A stretch of 64,000 nt of DNA from Acidobacteriota bacterium (lineage in GTDB: Bacteria > Acidobacteriota > UBA6911 > RPQK01 > JAPXNP01): positions 9,999 to 73,998 of the forward strand of contig JARRKC010000013.1 in the NCBI GenBank assembly GCA_037388505.1, in the 5' to 3' direction. The notes beneath the pieces were generated by a model. It saw only the letters and a program-made list of their open reading frames with translations. It was not told the DNA's origin and made no database searches. Below, in pieces: positions 47,882 through 57,358 of this stretch. Every line of letters begins with the position of its first letter. Positions within the stretch are counted from its first letter, which is position 1. Made by a program: the position numbers and the translations under genes.

Positions 47882-50628
47882 TCGAGACCTTGAACGAATG
47901 GGCGTCTCTGTGGTGGGCCTGGATGTCGCCGCTGACGCTTCAGGTCTCGCTTCTGATCGGTCTCGTCTATCTCTTCGAGCTCGTGACACGACGCTGGGTC
48001 TGGCCTCAGTTGCGGCTCGTGCTCTGGCTTCTCGTCCTCGCACGCCTCCTGCTGCCCCCATCATTGAGCTCGCCGTGGAGCGTGACAGCACCCATTTACA
48101 CGGAGACCACACAGCTTCTTCGGGCGTTCGTTTACCCTCAGGATCCGCCTGCCGTGGATCCGCCCCTGGATGCATCGACGGCGGTCTTCCCTGAGTTTCG
48201 ATCCGACGGCCCGGAGCTTTCCGGGCCTCGAGATCACAGCACGATCCAGGGCCGAGATCCACAACCTTCAGTTCTTCTTCGAGCCGACGGCGTCCCGCCC
48301 CGGCCGGGGCTGACCTGGCAGTCCTGGCTGCTGATTCTCTGGGCCGTCGGGCTGATCGTATTCTTCTCTCTTCTGGCGGCATCCGTCCATCGATTGAAGA
48401 AGGAGCTTTCCGGAACACGGCGGGATCCGGAACTGACCGACATCGCCTCGAGGGCCGCCAGAACCGCAGGATTGAGAGCGGCACCCGACGTCCGCATCTC
48501 CTCGAGCGTGCCGACACCCGCCGTCGTCGGTGTCTTGCGCCCTGCCGTCCTGGTGCCTAAAGACCATGCGTCGGTGCTTCGCCCCGAAGACGTCCGCAAT
48601 GCTCTCCTTCACGAGATGTGCCACATCAAGCGGCGCGACCTTCTCGTTCAAAGAGCAGCGCTTCTGCTGCATCTCCTGTACTGGTTCAATCCGCTGCTCT
48701 GGGTCGTTCGTCGAAGAATCCGCCACCTGACCGAGATGAGCTGCGATGCCCGTGTGGTTCGATTGCTTCGGGGAGAAACGGACAGCTATCGCGCGACGAT
48801 TCTGCGCGCACTTCGGCCTCTCCTCGACGGCCCCATGCCGAGCAGACTCGACCAACTCGGTCTCGTCGAATGGCCGGGCCGGCTGACGGACCGGCTGAAC
48901 TGGCTCACCCGGACCGTTGGATCGAGATTCCGTGTGCCGGTCGCCGCCGCCGTGTCACTGGTGGCGATCGCTCTCGTGCTTCCGATGGTGCCCCCGGCCA
49001 GGGGCGACGCCGACGGTTTCGCCATTCTGCGCATCACAACCTTCACTCCGGTCGGAAACGGACAGAGCTACTTGGAAGGCCTCGATCTGTTCATCGGAAG
49101 GCCCTCAGAGACAATGGGCCTTTGGTTCCTCGGCCAGTTCACTGATCCCGAGCAGCCCCGCCGGATGCAGATCAGCATGCAGGTCGACAATATGGGGCCG
49201 GTTGGCCTGTTTGATGGAGACGGGGACAGTCGTGTGCCGGGGGATCGTTTCGTTCGGGAGGATCGAGTTCTGCGACATCGGACGCTCGTCTACCGGACAG
49301 AACCACTGGGCGTCCGCGGCGACGTGACCGAGGAGTCCCTTGCGCCGGAGTTCGGGTCTCGGTCACTGAAGAGCCTCACGGCATCTCGAGACGGAATTAC
49401 AGAAACCAGGACGGTCTTGATTCGAGGCGACGAGAGGCTTGCGGATTCGCTCGGTCTACCCGATCTGTCGGAAGAGTCTTTGCGGAAACGCTATCCCGGG
49501 CCGACGGAAATGAGTTCCGAGAAGGTCCAACAGTCCTTCCCGAAGGTCATCGCCCTGATGAACGATCAGTTGGAGAATCTCAGCTCGATGTCCCTCGTGA
49601 GCGACTACCGGGAATCCGTGCGGAAGGCGGCCCGATCGCTCGTCTGGGAAGAGACGGGTCCCGAGGTCACCAGTCGTGCCTTCGAATATCCCCTCGCGTA
49701 CCAGGAAACGGCTGTCATCGGTCCCGGCAAGAAGTACTTCCTGACGCGTCGTGGCGTGGACGTCATCCACCGATGCCAGGAAGACGGGGGCATCCTCGAG
49801 AGCTATCCGGTCGGTCCGGAGACGCTCGCCGCAACCCACCGGTCCTTCACCGTTGATTCGCAGGGGCATCTGGTCACCCTCCTCCAACGACCCGATTCCT
49901 TCAAGACCTTGCGTCGAGGAGAGTTGGTTCGGATCTTCGAATCGCCCGAGTCGTACACCGAAATTCCCCTCGCGCCCCCGGTCCGGTGGCCGATGGATCT
50001 CTCGATCGATGCGGCCGGCCGATACTACGTGCTGCGATGGCATGCCACTGCGGCCGACGTTCGCCGGATGGGACGAGAACTCTTGCCCCCCGCCTCTCAC
50101 TCGCTCTCGGTCGACCGCTACTCACCCGGTGGGAAACTCGAACAATCTCTGCTGCTGGATTCTTTCCTGACGGATGCACCGGCGGGCCACACCTGGAACT
50201 GGCCAAGGCCGGCCAGCCTCGCAGTTCTGGGAGACGGACGGACATTCATCCTTGCGTTGAGCAACCGGAAGGAGGGCGGAGCTCGGGTCACCTCGGGTCG
50301 CTTGTTTGAAGTCGATTGGCGGGGCTCGATTTTGCGTCCGGTTCCGCTCGAAGTTCCGGCAGCAGGACCGGTCACTTTGACCGACGTACATGGCCTTGGG
50401 AACATCCTGGCTCTGGAATGGTCGGATTACACGTCCATCCCGGAGGGACAGCCATCGATATCGACGCTTACAGTGAAGAGACTGCAACTCTGGCAGGACG
50501 GCGCGAACGAGCCCCTGGTCAACATCCGGGGAATCATCGAGGCCGTCTCCGGGGATCAGGCGCTCGTCACCCGAGCGGTGGCGGGAGGACCCGACACGCC
50601 GTCACTCTTCCTGGTGACTTACCGTTGA
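47878..50628 (+). CDS. BlaR1-like M56 family zinc-metallopeptidase signal transducer with ~600-aa non-PBP extracytoplasmic C-terminal domain
   Basis: ATGA overlap with blaI. TM helices, HEXXH (ALLHEMCHIKRRD), then a large domain of unknown family. The ORF-track 47605 start is an upstream extension. Confidence 0.8.
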   Translation: MIETLNEWASLWWAWMSPLTLQVSLLIGLVYLFELVTRRWVWPQLRLVLWLLVLARLLLPPSLSSPWSVTAPIYTETTQLLRAFVYPQDPPAVDPPLDASTAVFPEFRSDGPELSGPRDHSTIQGRDPQPSVLLRADGVPPRPGLTWQSWLLILWAVGLIVFFSLLAASVHRLKKELSGTRRDPELTDIASRAARTAGLRAAPDVRISSSVPTPAVVGVLRPAVLVPKDHASVLRPEDVRNALLHEMCHIKRRDLLVQRAALLLHLLYWFNPLLWVVRRRIRHLTEMSCDARVVRLLRGETDSYRATILRALRPLLDGPMPSRLDQLGLVEWPGRLTDRLNWLTRTVGSRFRVPVAAAVSLVAIALVLPMVPPARGDADGFAILRITTFTPVGNGQSYLEGLDLFIGRPSETMGLWFLGQFTDPEQPRRMQISMQVDNMGPVGLFDGDGDSRVPGDRFVREDRVLRHRTLVYRTEPLGVRGDVTEESLAPEFGSRSLKSLTASRDGITETRTVLIRGDERLADSLGLPDLSEESLRKRYPGPTEMSSEKVQQSFPKVIALMNDQLENLSSMSLVSDYRESVRKAARSLVWEETGPEVTSRAFEYPLAYQETAVIGPGKKYFLTRRGVDVIHRCQEDGGILESYPVGPETLAATHRSFTVDSQGHLVTLLQRPDSFKTLRRGELVRIFESPESYTEIPLAPPVRWPMDLSIDAAGRYYVLRWHATAADVRRMGRELLPPASHSLSVDRYSPGGKLEQSLLLDSFLTDAPAGHTWNWPRPASLAVLGDGRTFILALSNRKEGGARVTSGRLFEVDWRGSILRPVPLEVPAAGPVTLTDVHGLGNILALEWSDYTSIPEGQPSISTLTVKRLQLWQDGANEPLVNIRGIIEAVSGDQALVTRAVAGGPDTPSLFLVTYR

Positions 50629-51006
50629 AGCGCCGTCTTGAGGACCGCGTTTCAGGATTGCGTCCCTCGCTGGGGCGCCTGCAAGTTGGGTGGATTCGGC
50701 GAACCCGGGGTGGTGCTTGCCGGTCGGTCCCGATTGACCCCGAGCTGGGATCGTGCCCCTCGAGGGTATCCGGTTGTTGAGTTCGCCCTTCGCTGACCGA
50801 ACCAGTTCGGGGCCTTGGCCCCGGCAGGGGCCGGATTCCTCTTGCCCGGGGCCAAACCGCTTCGGTCCGGCCCCGGCTTTGGCGGGCCAAAGCGACCAAG
50901 TCCGCTCCGGTGAGGGGCGGGATATCGCTTCGATTCGCCGCTTGGAACAACTCCGACGCGAACACGTCGTGAACGGCTCATCCTGCAGCCGGAGGAGGCA
51001 TCGACA

Positions 51007-52839
51007 ATGAAACACCGTCATCTCCACACATTTTCGATTGGATCGGCCGGCGTCCTCCTTTTCCTCCTGATCGGAGGCACCTGCGAATCCAGTCTCGCAG
51101 AGATCATCGTGCCCGGCGAGCGTGTGCACTGGGGTGACACGATTCACGTCGTCGTGAAGCCGAATCCGGAGAGGGGGCTCTATCCCGGCGACCGAGCCTG
51201 GCTGACAGTCGGCTTCTGGCGCCAGGGAGTGGAATTCATCCGATACGAGCCGCTCCAATCGGAGGGAGGGCAGTTCAGCTGCGATCTGACTCTGCCGGAC
51301 GACTGGGAGTACGCGAACGCCAGCGTCGTGACGACTGAGAGGTGGATCCCAGGCGGAAAGGGCCTGGCTGCCCTTGATCGAAACGGAGAGATTCCCCCGG
51401 GCGCACCCGTTCTCGAGACCAGCTTCATCTGGAACGGCTCCTCCCGGCGAGCCGACTGGGAAGCCGTTGCGAAAGCTGAACTGTCGCGGTACCCGACTCT
51501 CTGGTGGCTCTATCCCGAGGTTTGGGGACTTCATTTCATGGCGAGCGGAGGCAAGGTTCCCGTCGAGCTGATCCGAGATCAGCTCCCGTTCCTCGAACAG
51601 GCCGACGAGAGCGCCGTACTCCTGCGGGTATTGATGCAGGCAAACTGGGAGCTCGGAGAGACCACCGAGGCACTGCGGCAGTTGGAGCGTCTGTGTGAGC
51701 ACTACCCGGACTCCCGCGATACGATTCGAGCACTGAACAAAGCCGGCTATGAGATTTTCAAGAGGGGATTGCTCCCGGTTTCGAATGAGAGATGGAAAGC
51801 TCTGGCGGCTCAGGCCGTCAACGGTGCCCCCGACAACCCTGCGTTGCGAGTTTATGATATCGGTCTCTACTCGAACGAAGCGATTACGCTCGCTTCGTTC
51901 CGTCGGCTTTTCGAAGCCTGGACGAAGGATGACGGCGAGAGTCCCTACCCTTACATCCTACTGGCTCGAGCTCTCGCCCGCGAAGAGACGGAATTGGACC
52001 GAGCAGAAAAGCTTCTCACTCGAGGTCTCGAACTGTCGTTCGCCGTGCGACCGGTCCTGCTCTACGCACGGTACCCCGGCCTGGCTTTTCGTCTCCGTTC
52101 CGATTTGCGTGCTCGACGAGCCGACACCGCCGGAGCGCTTGCCGATATCCGGGCTGCGCAAGCTCTGGCTCGGAAGGGTGATCCGACGGACATCGAAACA
52201 GAGGCCGAAATCTGGCTTCAGGCGGGCAGGCCCGTCAAGGCGGAAACGGTGGCCCTGGAAGCGTACCGCAAGGGATCCCTCGAGGCCGAGGCATTCGTCA
52301 AGGATCTCTACGCGACGCGCACCGGTCGCTCGAACGGAGCGGAGGAGTATTTCTGGAGCCGGCTGACGGAGGGTGCCGACCGGCCCGGCGATCCTTCCGA
52401 CGAACCGGAAGACGCTCCCCATTTCGAGGGCGTGACCCTGGAGGGCCGTCGAGTCGACAACGCCTCTCTGAAGGGCAAGGTGGTCGTCCTGAACTTCTGG
52501 TTCACCACCTGCGGCCCCTGCATCGGAGAAATGACGGAGCTGAACGAGCTGGTTCGGGACTTCGGCGACCGGGTCCGCTTTCTGGCCTTCACCCACGAAC
52601 CACCCGAGATGGTTCGGACGTTCCTCGAGAGTCACGAATTCGATTATGAGATCGTCCCGAATGCGCGCGAGATCGAGGAATCCTTCGGCATCGGCTCACA
52701 CCCGACGCACGTTCTCATCGATCAGAAGGGCAAAGTCCGCTGGCAGGGCCTGGGAGCCAACCCCGACAACCTCAAGCGCCTCCGCGCGACTATCCAGCGA
52801 GTCCTGACAATAGGTGACACGCACGTAGTGAGTCCGTAA
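51007..52839 (+). CDS. Secreted TPR-like helical domain + C-terminal TlpA-like thioredoxin (CGPC) protein
   Basis: Signal peptide; C-terminal VVVLNFWFTTCGPCIGEMTEL… thioredoxin fold. Confidence 0.55.
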   Translation: MKHRHLHTFSIGSAGVLLFLLIGGTCESSLAEIIVPGERVHWGDTIHVVVKPNPERGLYPGDRAWLTVGFWRQGVEFIRYEPLQSEGGQFSCDLTLPDDWEYANASVVTTERWIPGGKGLAALDRNGEIPPGAPVLETSFIWNGSSRRADWEAVAKAELSRYPTLWWLYPEVWGLHFMASGGKVPVELIRDQLPFLEQADESAVLLRVLMQANWELGETTEALRQLERLCEHYPDSRDTIRALNKAGYEIFKRGLLPVSNERWKALAAQAVNGAPDNPALRVYDIGLYSNEAITLASFRRLFEAWTKDDGESPYPYILLARALAREETELDRAEKLLTRGLELSFAVRPVLLYARYPGLAFRLRSDLRARRADTAGALADIRAAQALARKGDPTDIETEAEIWLQAGRPVKAETVALEAYRKGSLEAEAFVKDLYATRTGRSNGAEEYFWSRLTEGADRPGDPSDEPEDAPHFEGVTLEGRRVDNASLKGKVVVLNFWFTTCGPCIGEMTELNELVRDFGDRVRFLAFTHEPPEMVRTFLESHEFDYEIVPNAREIEESFGIGSHPTHVLIDQKGKVRWQGLGANPDNLKRLRATIQRVLTIGDTHVVSP

Positions 52840-52938
52840 GTACCTGTCAATAAAGACTTCCGAGGCGAGTCTGGCACCAACCTCTGATTCTGCGGCCGGG
52901 GAGACTCGATTCCAGGCGACGACGATCCCCCTCGCAAC

Positions 52939-53328
52939 CTAGACAACCTTCGGCATGCGGAAGGGCTCCACCGTCTTGTGGAACGCCCGGAGGTACAGGG
53001 GGAACTCCGGGCTATAAAAGAGATGCGTCGGACAATCGCAATCACTCGAGCCGAACCCGGCCGGTCCCGGTGTGAGGATCGAACCCATGGCTTCGGCAAG
53101 CGCGCACTCCTGGCGCAGGGACGAGCGGATGGGGAGCGCGCGACACTCCAGAGCTGCCTCTCGCAGGTAGTCCACGTGCCAGCGAAAGCGCTTTCGGTGC
53201 CGCAGGTGACGGGCAATTCTCGCCGTCAGATTCCGCATCGCCGAACCGACATAGACGTACCAGCCGCTCTCAAACCTCAGCTCTCCGAGCTTTCCGACAC
53301 AGATCGGACGATTTTCGGTGAGCTTCAT
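52939..53328 (-). CDS. DUF123-family protein (predicted nuclease-like; GxYxYVGSA / HWHxDYL motifs)
   Basis: …GWYVYVGSAMRNLTARIARHLRHRKRFRWHVDYL… Start placed at ATG 53328, overlapping the sfsA 3' end by 59 nt; true start uncertain (ORF extends to 53598). Confidence 0.4.
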   Translation of the reverse strand: MKLTENRPICVGKLGELRFESGWYVYVGSAMRNLTARIARHLRHRKRFRWHVDYLREAALECRALPIRSSLRQECALAEAMGSILTPGPAGFGSSDCDCPTHLFYSPEFPLYLRAFHKTVEPFRMPKVV

Positions 53329-54076
53329 CAGCAGAAGATAGGCGCCGCAGTCCTGCGCCTCCCTCTCGATGAAGGCCCAAGGAATCGACAGCGGCTTGGG
53401 CCGACCCTTCAGCCTCAATGACGATGTCCATCCCAGGGCAACCGGAAGAATACGTGTGATAGTCCGGAAGGAATCGTTCGACTCGATTGGAATGGACCAG
53501 GAACAAGACCACTGGTTTCGGTTCATCAGTTCGTGCAGCATCGGACCCAAGTCCAGCCAACTCCAATAGATGCCGTCGGCCCCGTTCCGTGACGGCATCC
53601 GGAAAGAGGGCGGCGCCGTTGCCGAACAGGGTCACCGACTTCACTTCGAGGAAAAACCTCTCTCGGTTCTCCTCCATCAAGAAGTCGAAGCGGCTGGATC
53701 CGAGCGGAACCTCCGATCTGACGACTTTGGCAGATTCCAAGCCCGGGATCCGCTGCTGTTCGAGCAGGTTTCGGGCGACGGCGTTGGTCTGGTGAGTGTG
53801 GATGAAGATCGTCTCGCCCTCCCGGTCGACGGCCCAGGCCGTGTAGCGGGTCTTTCTGGGAGCCCTCCGATGGGCACGCGGCACTCTCCTTCGAGAGGAC
53901 TCGAGTTCGTCCGCCAGGTAGATGGTCACCCCGGGGAGCAGAAGTTCGTCGAGCCTGCCGGAGTTCGGCATTTGCGCTTCGACGACACCCCTTCCGTGGA
54001 TGCGACAACGGACGAGAAACCGGTTCGGACGTTCGACGAAGATGCCCTTTACCAAGCGACCCGGCACGAGATCCAT
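53270..54076 (-). CDS. sfsA: SfsA (sugar fermentation stimulation protein A) family nuclease-like DNA-binding protein
   Basis: Collinear with E. coli SfsA from N-terminus through …FFLEVKSVTL…FPDAVTERGRRHLLEL…VLFLVHSNRVERFLP…. Confidence 0.7.
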   Translation of the reverse strand: MDLVPGRLVKGIFVERPNRFLVRCRIHGRGVVEAQMPNSGRLDELLLPGVTIYLADELESSRRRVPRAHRRAPRKTRYTAWAVDREGETIFIHTHQTNAVARNLLEQQRIPGLESAKVVRSEVPLGSSRFDFLMEENRERFFLEVKSVTLFGNGAALFPDAVTERGRRHLLELAGLGSDAARTDEPKPVVLFLVHSNRVERFLPDYHTYSSGCPGMDIVIEAEGSAQAAVDSLGLHREGGAGLRRLSSADEAHRKSSDLCRKARRAEV

Positions 54077-54158
54077 GGCCTGTCATGATCTCATCATTCG
54101 GCCATAGTGACCTCAATTGGTCCCGGCTTTCGCGGTAGGGGAGCCAAGTCTCGAGACG

Positions 54159-54545
54159 TCACATGTAATTGACGAGTCGCAGTTGGGGAACCCGTTCGAA
54201 ATGACCCTGATCCGACGTCACCAGCTCGGCCTCGGCTTCGAGTGCCGTCGCCGCAATCAGGATGTCAAAGTCCCCGATGCTTTTCCCCTGCCGGCGCAGA
54301 TACCTGCGGACACGACTCCCTATCCTGCAGACATTCTCATTGACCTCGAGTCTGACGAAAGGCTCCAGAAAGTCCTCGCCGTCTTTCGTTCGCTCGTAAC
54401 CTTCGAGGAACTCGAGCATGCTGATGACTGAGATGGCAAACTCATCATCCTCATGGAGTGTGAGGAATTGTTGCGCTGGACCCGGCTCTCCGGCCGCAAG
54501 CTCCCGTTGCAGATCAATCAGAAAGGTGGTGTCGAGAACCTTCAT
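54159..54545 (-). CDS. vapC: VapC PIN-domain toxin
   Basis: MKVLDTTFLIDL… with acidic PIN residues. ATGA overlap with the upstream antitoxin. Confidence 0.8.
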   Translation of the reverse strand: MKVLDTTFLIDLQRELAAGEPGPAQQFLTLHEDDEFAISVISMLEFLEGYERTKDGEDFLEPFVRLEVNENVCRIGSRVRRYLRRQGKSIGDFDILIAATALEAEAELVTSDQGHFERVPQLRLVNYM

Positions 54546-54802
54546 TTCGTTGGATCCTGCTTCCATCGTGAAGGGCTTGCGGTGCGGACCTGCTCGACAC
54601 CGCCCTTCCAGTACTCCAGAGCCCGGCGATCCGCCTGTTTCACCCCTCGATTCCGCAACGCTCGCAGAACCGACCGACCCGACGCATCTGGAGGTCCGAA
54701 ACGGGCTCGCCGCACCACCTCGGAAAAGGACTCACCAGGTCTCTTGGCGGAGCGAAGCTTCTCGTAGGCGTCAAGCTCGAGGGAAATGGTCTTCGTTGAC
54801 AT
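54542..54802 (-). CDS. vapB: VapB-type antitoxin
   Basis: MSTKTISLELDAYEKLRSAKRPGESFSEVVRRA…; 87 aa. TATTAT -10-like hexamer 7 nt upstream of the ATG (possible leaderless mRNA). Confidence 0.65.
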   Translation of the reverse strand: MSTKTISLELDAYEKLRSAKRPGESFSEVVRRARFGPPDASGRSVLRALRNRGVKQADRRALEYWKGGVEQVRTASPSRWKQDPTK

Positions 54803-54971
54803 GCATGAAATAATACACGAAACTGTCTCAGTTCGCTCCAATTTCGTCCAAACGCGGTGACACACCAAAACCTCTGCCTCTGAGCCTCCCTTGAAAAGCC
54901 TGGCCCCGTTGCGCACTCGTGAATAGACCCCAGAGAGGCCTGAGAATCGTGTGTTTGTAGCAACTTACAAA

Positions 54972-55024
54972 GGTGAAAGGGACAGACTGATTCTCGGTTG
55001 GTGAAAGGGACAGGCTCGTTCTCG
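54972..55024 (+). repeat. Tandem pair of a ~25-nt locus-specific repeat (GGTGAAAGGGACAGRCTSRTTCTCG)
   Basis: Copies at 54972-54996 and 55000-55024; see also 56692-56748, 61262-61284 and 61971-62144. Confidence 0.7.
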
Positions 55025-55098
55025 CTCCCCCTTGGGACTTCCCGGGATCTCCGGAGCGGATGGGTCGCGGCGCAATCTCAAGACATCCGCAGCCGGCC

Positions 55099-56334
55099 CT
55101 ATGGCTTCCGCTTCAGCTCGACACGCCGGTTCAGAGCCCTTCCCTGCGCGGTCTCGTTACCGGCCACCGGCCGGTCCTCTCCGTAGCCCTGAGGCTCGAG
55201 TCGTCCGGAATCGATTCCCTGTTCGACCAGCCACGCCACAACGGAGCGGGCGCGGCGCCGCGAAAGATCCCGGTTGTAGGCGGCGTCGCCCGTGGAGTCG
55301 GTGTGACCTTCAACGATGAGAGCGAGCTCCGGTTGCTGTTCCATCACGTTCAGCACTTCCTGAAGCGTAGCCTCAGAGTCGGAGCGCAGCCGGTCCGAAT
55401 CGAGGTCGAAGTGAATGCCATAAACGATGGCCCGGCCACTCTCCCGGAGCGACTTCTGGAGGGATCCCTCGTGTTGGAGTTGACAGGAGGGTCGTTCGCC
55501 GGGCGCGGCGCGGGAGCCCACCCAGAACCCTCTGTAGGCCCCCTTCTCATACCAGAGTCCATTCAGTTGGTCGCCCGTCGAAGAGAGCACCATGAGAGCT
55601 GTTCCGATCTGCTGTCCCTCGTTTTCGCGCCACTCGAACTGGATGACCCGACCATCGAGATTCCCGCTGAGCGAGCCCTGGTCCCAGTCATAACAGCCGC
55701 TGATACTGGACCCGTCCTGCGCGAAGAGAACAAGGCCGAAGTTGGTCCGATAGACCCCCGAAACCCGAACCTCCGACGCTTCTTCTTCCAGTTGTCGACC
55801 ATACGCTTCCAGTTCCATGAGCTCGGTGTAGCTTTCCTGACCCCAGTTCGACAGGATGACAATCTTGAGCCATCGAGCCTGCGTACCTGCCGCGAACTCG
55901 AACTGAGTGCGGCTTCCCTTTTCGGCCTCCACTCCGAGGACTTCGGAAAAGGGGCCCGTAGGACCTGCACTGGAAGTCCACACTCCGATTCGGCGCGCCG
56001 AGATCCCCGGATAAGAGTCTTCCTGAGCGGTCGAGTTGTCGAACACGATCGAGGTGAGCTGACTCGGTCGGTCCAGTTCGATGACGACCTGATGCGGAAA
56101 GGCGGCACCTTCAGCCGTGCACCAACCCTGTTCCGCCGTGTCGTCGAGTACCAGGAGAGCCGCCCACTTCTCATTGAACTGGCTCGACTGAGAGAGCACA
56201 ACCGCTCCTTCGGCAAGATTCAGAAGGTCAACGGAGGGCTGCCCGTTGTTTTGCTCCGCTCGTGTCGAACCGATACAAAGAGAGAAGCAGACGAAGAGAA
56301 CCAAATGGCACGATGGCCGGACAGAAATGTTCAT
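55099..56334 (-). CDS. OmpA-family peptidoglycan-binding protein with N-terminal F5/8 type C (discoidin-like) domain
   Basis: C-terminal OmpA_C motif (…EGHTDSTGDAAYNRDLSRRRARSV…NRRVEL); signal peptide from ATG 56334. Confidence 0.7.
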   Translation of the reverse strand: MNISVRPSCHLVLFVCFSLCIGSTRAEQNNGQPSVDLLNLAEGAVVLSQSSQFNEKWAALLVLDDTAEQGWCTAEGAAFPHQVVIELDRPSQLTSIVFDNSTAQEDSYPGISARRIGVWTSSAGPTGPFSEVLGVEAEKGSRTQFEFAAGTQARWLKIVILSNWGQESYTELMELEAYGRQLEEEASEVRVSGVYRTNFGLVLFAQDGSSISGCYDWDQGSLSGNLDGRVIQFEWRENEGQQIGTALMVLSSTGDQLNGLWYEKGAYRGFWVGSRAAPGERPSCQLQHEGSLQKSLRESGRAIVYGIHFDLDSDRLRSDSEATLQEVLNVMEQQPELALIVEGHTDSTGDAAYNRDLSRRRARSVVAWLVEQGIDSGRLEPQGYGEDRPVAGNETAQGRALNRRVELKRKP

Positions 56335-56691
56335 TGTCCTGAGGAATGCACCACAAATGCCGCCTCCTGGGAATTGACCTCGGACTGCTCCTTTAGGCAA
56401 AACGACACCTCCTCGGCTGACGACTGGTCAATACGAACTGGCGGATCGCGTTCATCATATACAGCGTCCCTGTCGGACCGACGGGAGCCTTGCCCTCTGA
56501 AGCATGCGGTGGATGCCGATCACATAGCTCCGTCACCGGTCACCCATTCACCCGAATTCACCAGGCGCAGCGTCAGTGCGCGAACGCACGTGAGCGATCC
56601 CGCTCACGGTCGCCGGCTCCCTGTCTTCCCCCGGGGCACGAGCACCGGCGGCAATCTACCGCATCGGCACGAGCCGAAGAACCAAGGTGGT

Positions 56692-56748
56692 CCAAAAGGG
56701 ACAGGTTCGTTCTCGCCCGAAGAGTCGAAAGGGACAGGCTGGTTCTCG
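56692..56748 (+). repeat. Second tandem pair of the GAAAGGGACAGGYTNGTTCTCG repeat
   Basis: Copies at 56692-56715 and 56726-56748, between the divergent OmpA-like and lipoprotein/TlpA genes. Confidence 0.7.
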
Positions 56749-57022
56749 TCAGGTACGGGCGGCTCTCATCTCGATAGGATCCGCCGAGTCCAGTCGTTGG
56801 TGTGCGTTGACCTTGCTGCGGCCGTTCTTCTGCTTTGAGATTCCCGTAGGGCGAGCCCCAGTTTCGGAAGCCCGGCCTCTCGGGCTGTCATGAAATTGGT
56901 CGACTCGTTGCGAATGCCCGGATCTGGCGATATAGGATCTTGATCATATCGTCTTTTCGCGGACAGTAGGAGAGAAAGTACTATCCGACTCGGGCCAGGG
57001 CCTGACGAGCAGGAAGGGGATC

Positions 57023-57358
57023 ATGAGACGATCCAAGGCTTCATCTTTCTTCATCATGGTATCGCTGTTGGGTTGCGCGGCGGCATGCCGATCGGGAAAA
57101 CCCGATGACTTGACGCCCCGGTATCTTTCCTCACCTACCCCACAGAACCTGCAGGCCCCGCCACTTACTCTCCGCAAACGGATCGTTCTCCGGGATTGTG
57201 AGAGTCTGTCGATGCAGTACGTTCTCACGGTTACTCCCGCCGAAGATGCTTATTACCTGTTCACCTCGCAGGGAATCGGTCAAATCGATTCTACGGGGCG
57301 ACTGGTGCGGCTCCTGGGGGACGACCTCGTCAAGCAGCGAACGCAGGACGTTCGGTGA
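57023..57358 (+). CDS. Lipoprotein N-terminal fragment (possible 5' part of a frameshifted lipoprotein-TlpA gene)
   Basis: Lipobox MVSLLGCAAAC. Protein-like sequence ends at TGA 57358, while a different frame carries protein-like sequence from ~57366 onward. Confidence 0.35.
   Translation: MRRSKASSFFIMVSLLGCAAACRSGKPDDLTPRYLSSPTPQNLQAPPLTLRKRIVLRDCESLSMQYVLTVTPAEDAYYLFTSQGIGQIDSTGRLVRLLGDDLVKQRTQDVR

Noticed and set aside
54972-55024. CRISPR array hypothesis for the tandem 25-nt repeats
   Set aside because: There are only two units per site, separated by 3-9 nt rather than ~30-nt unique spacers, and no cas genes.
55060-56838. 592-aa plus-strand ORF across the OmpA-like gene and the repeat region
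   Set aside because: It reads through intergenic repeats; the minus-strand ORF has OmpA_C and signal-peptide features.
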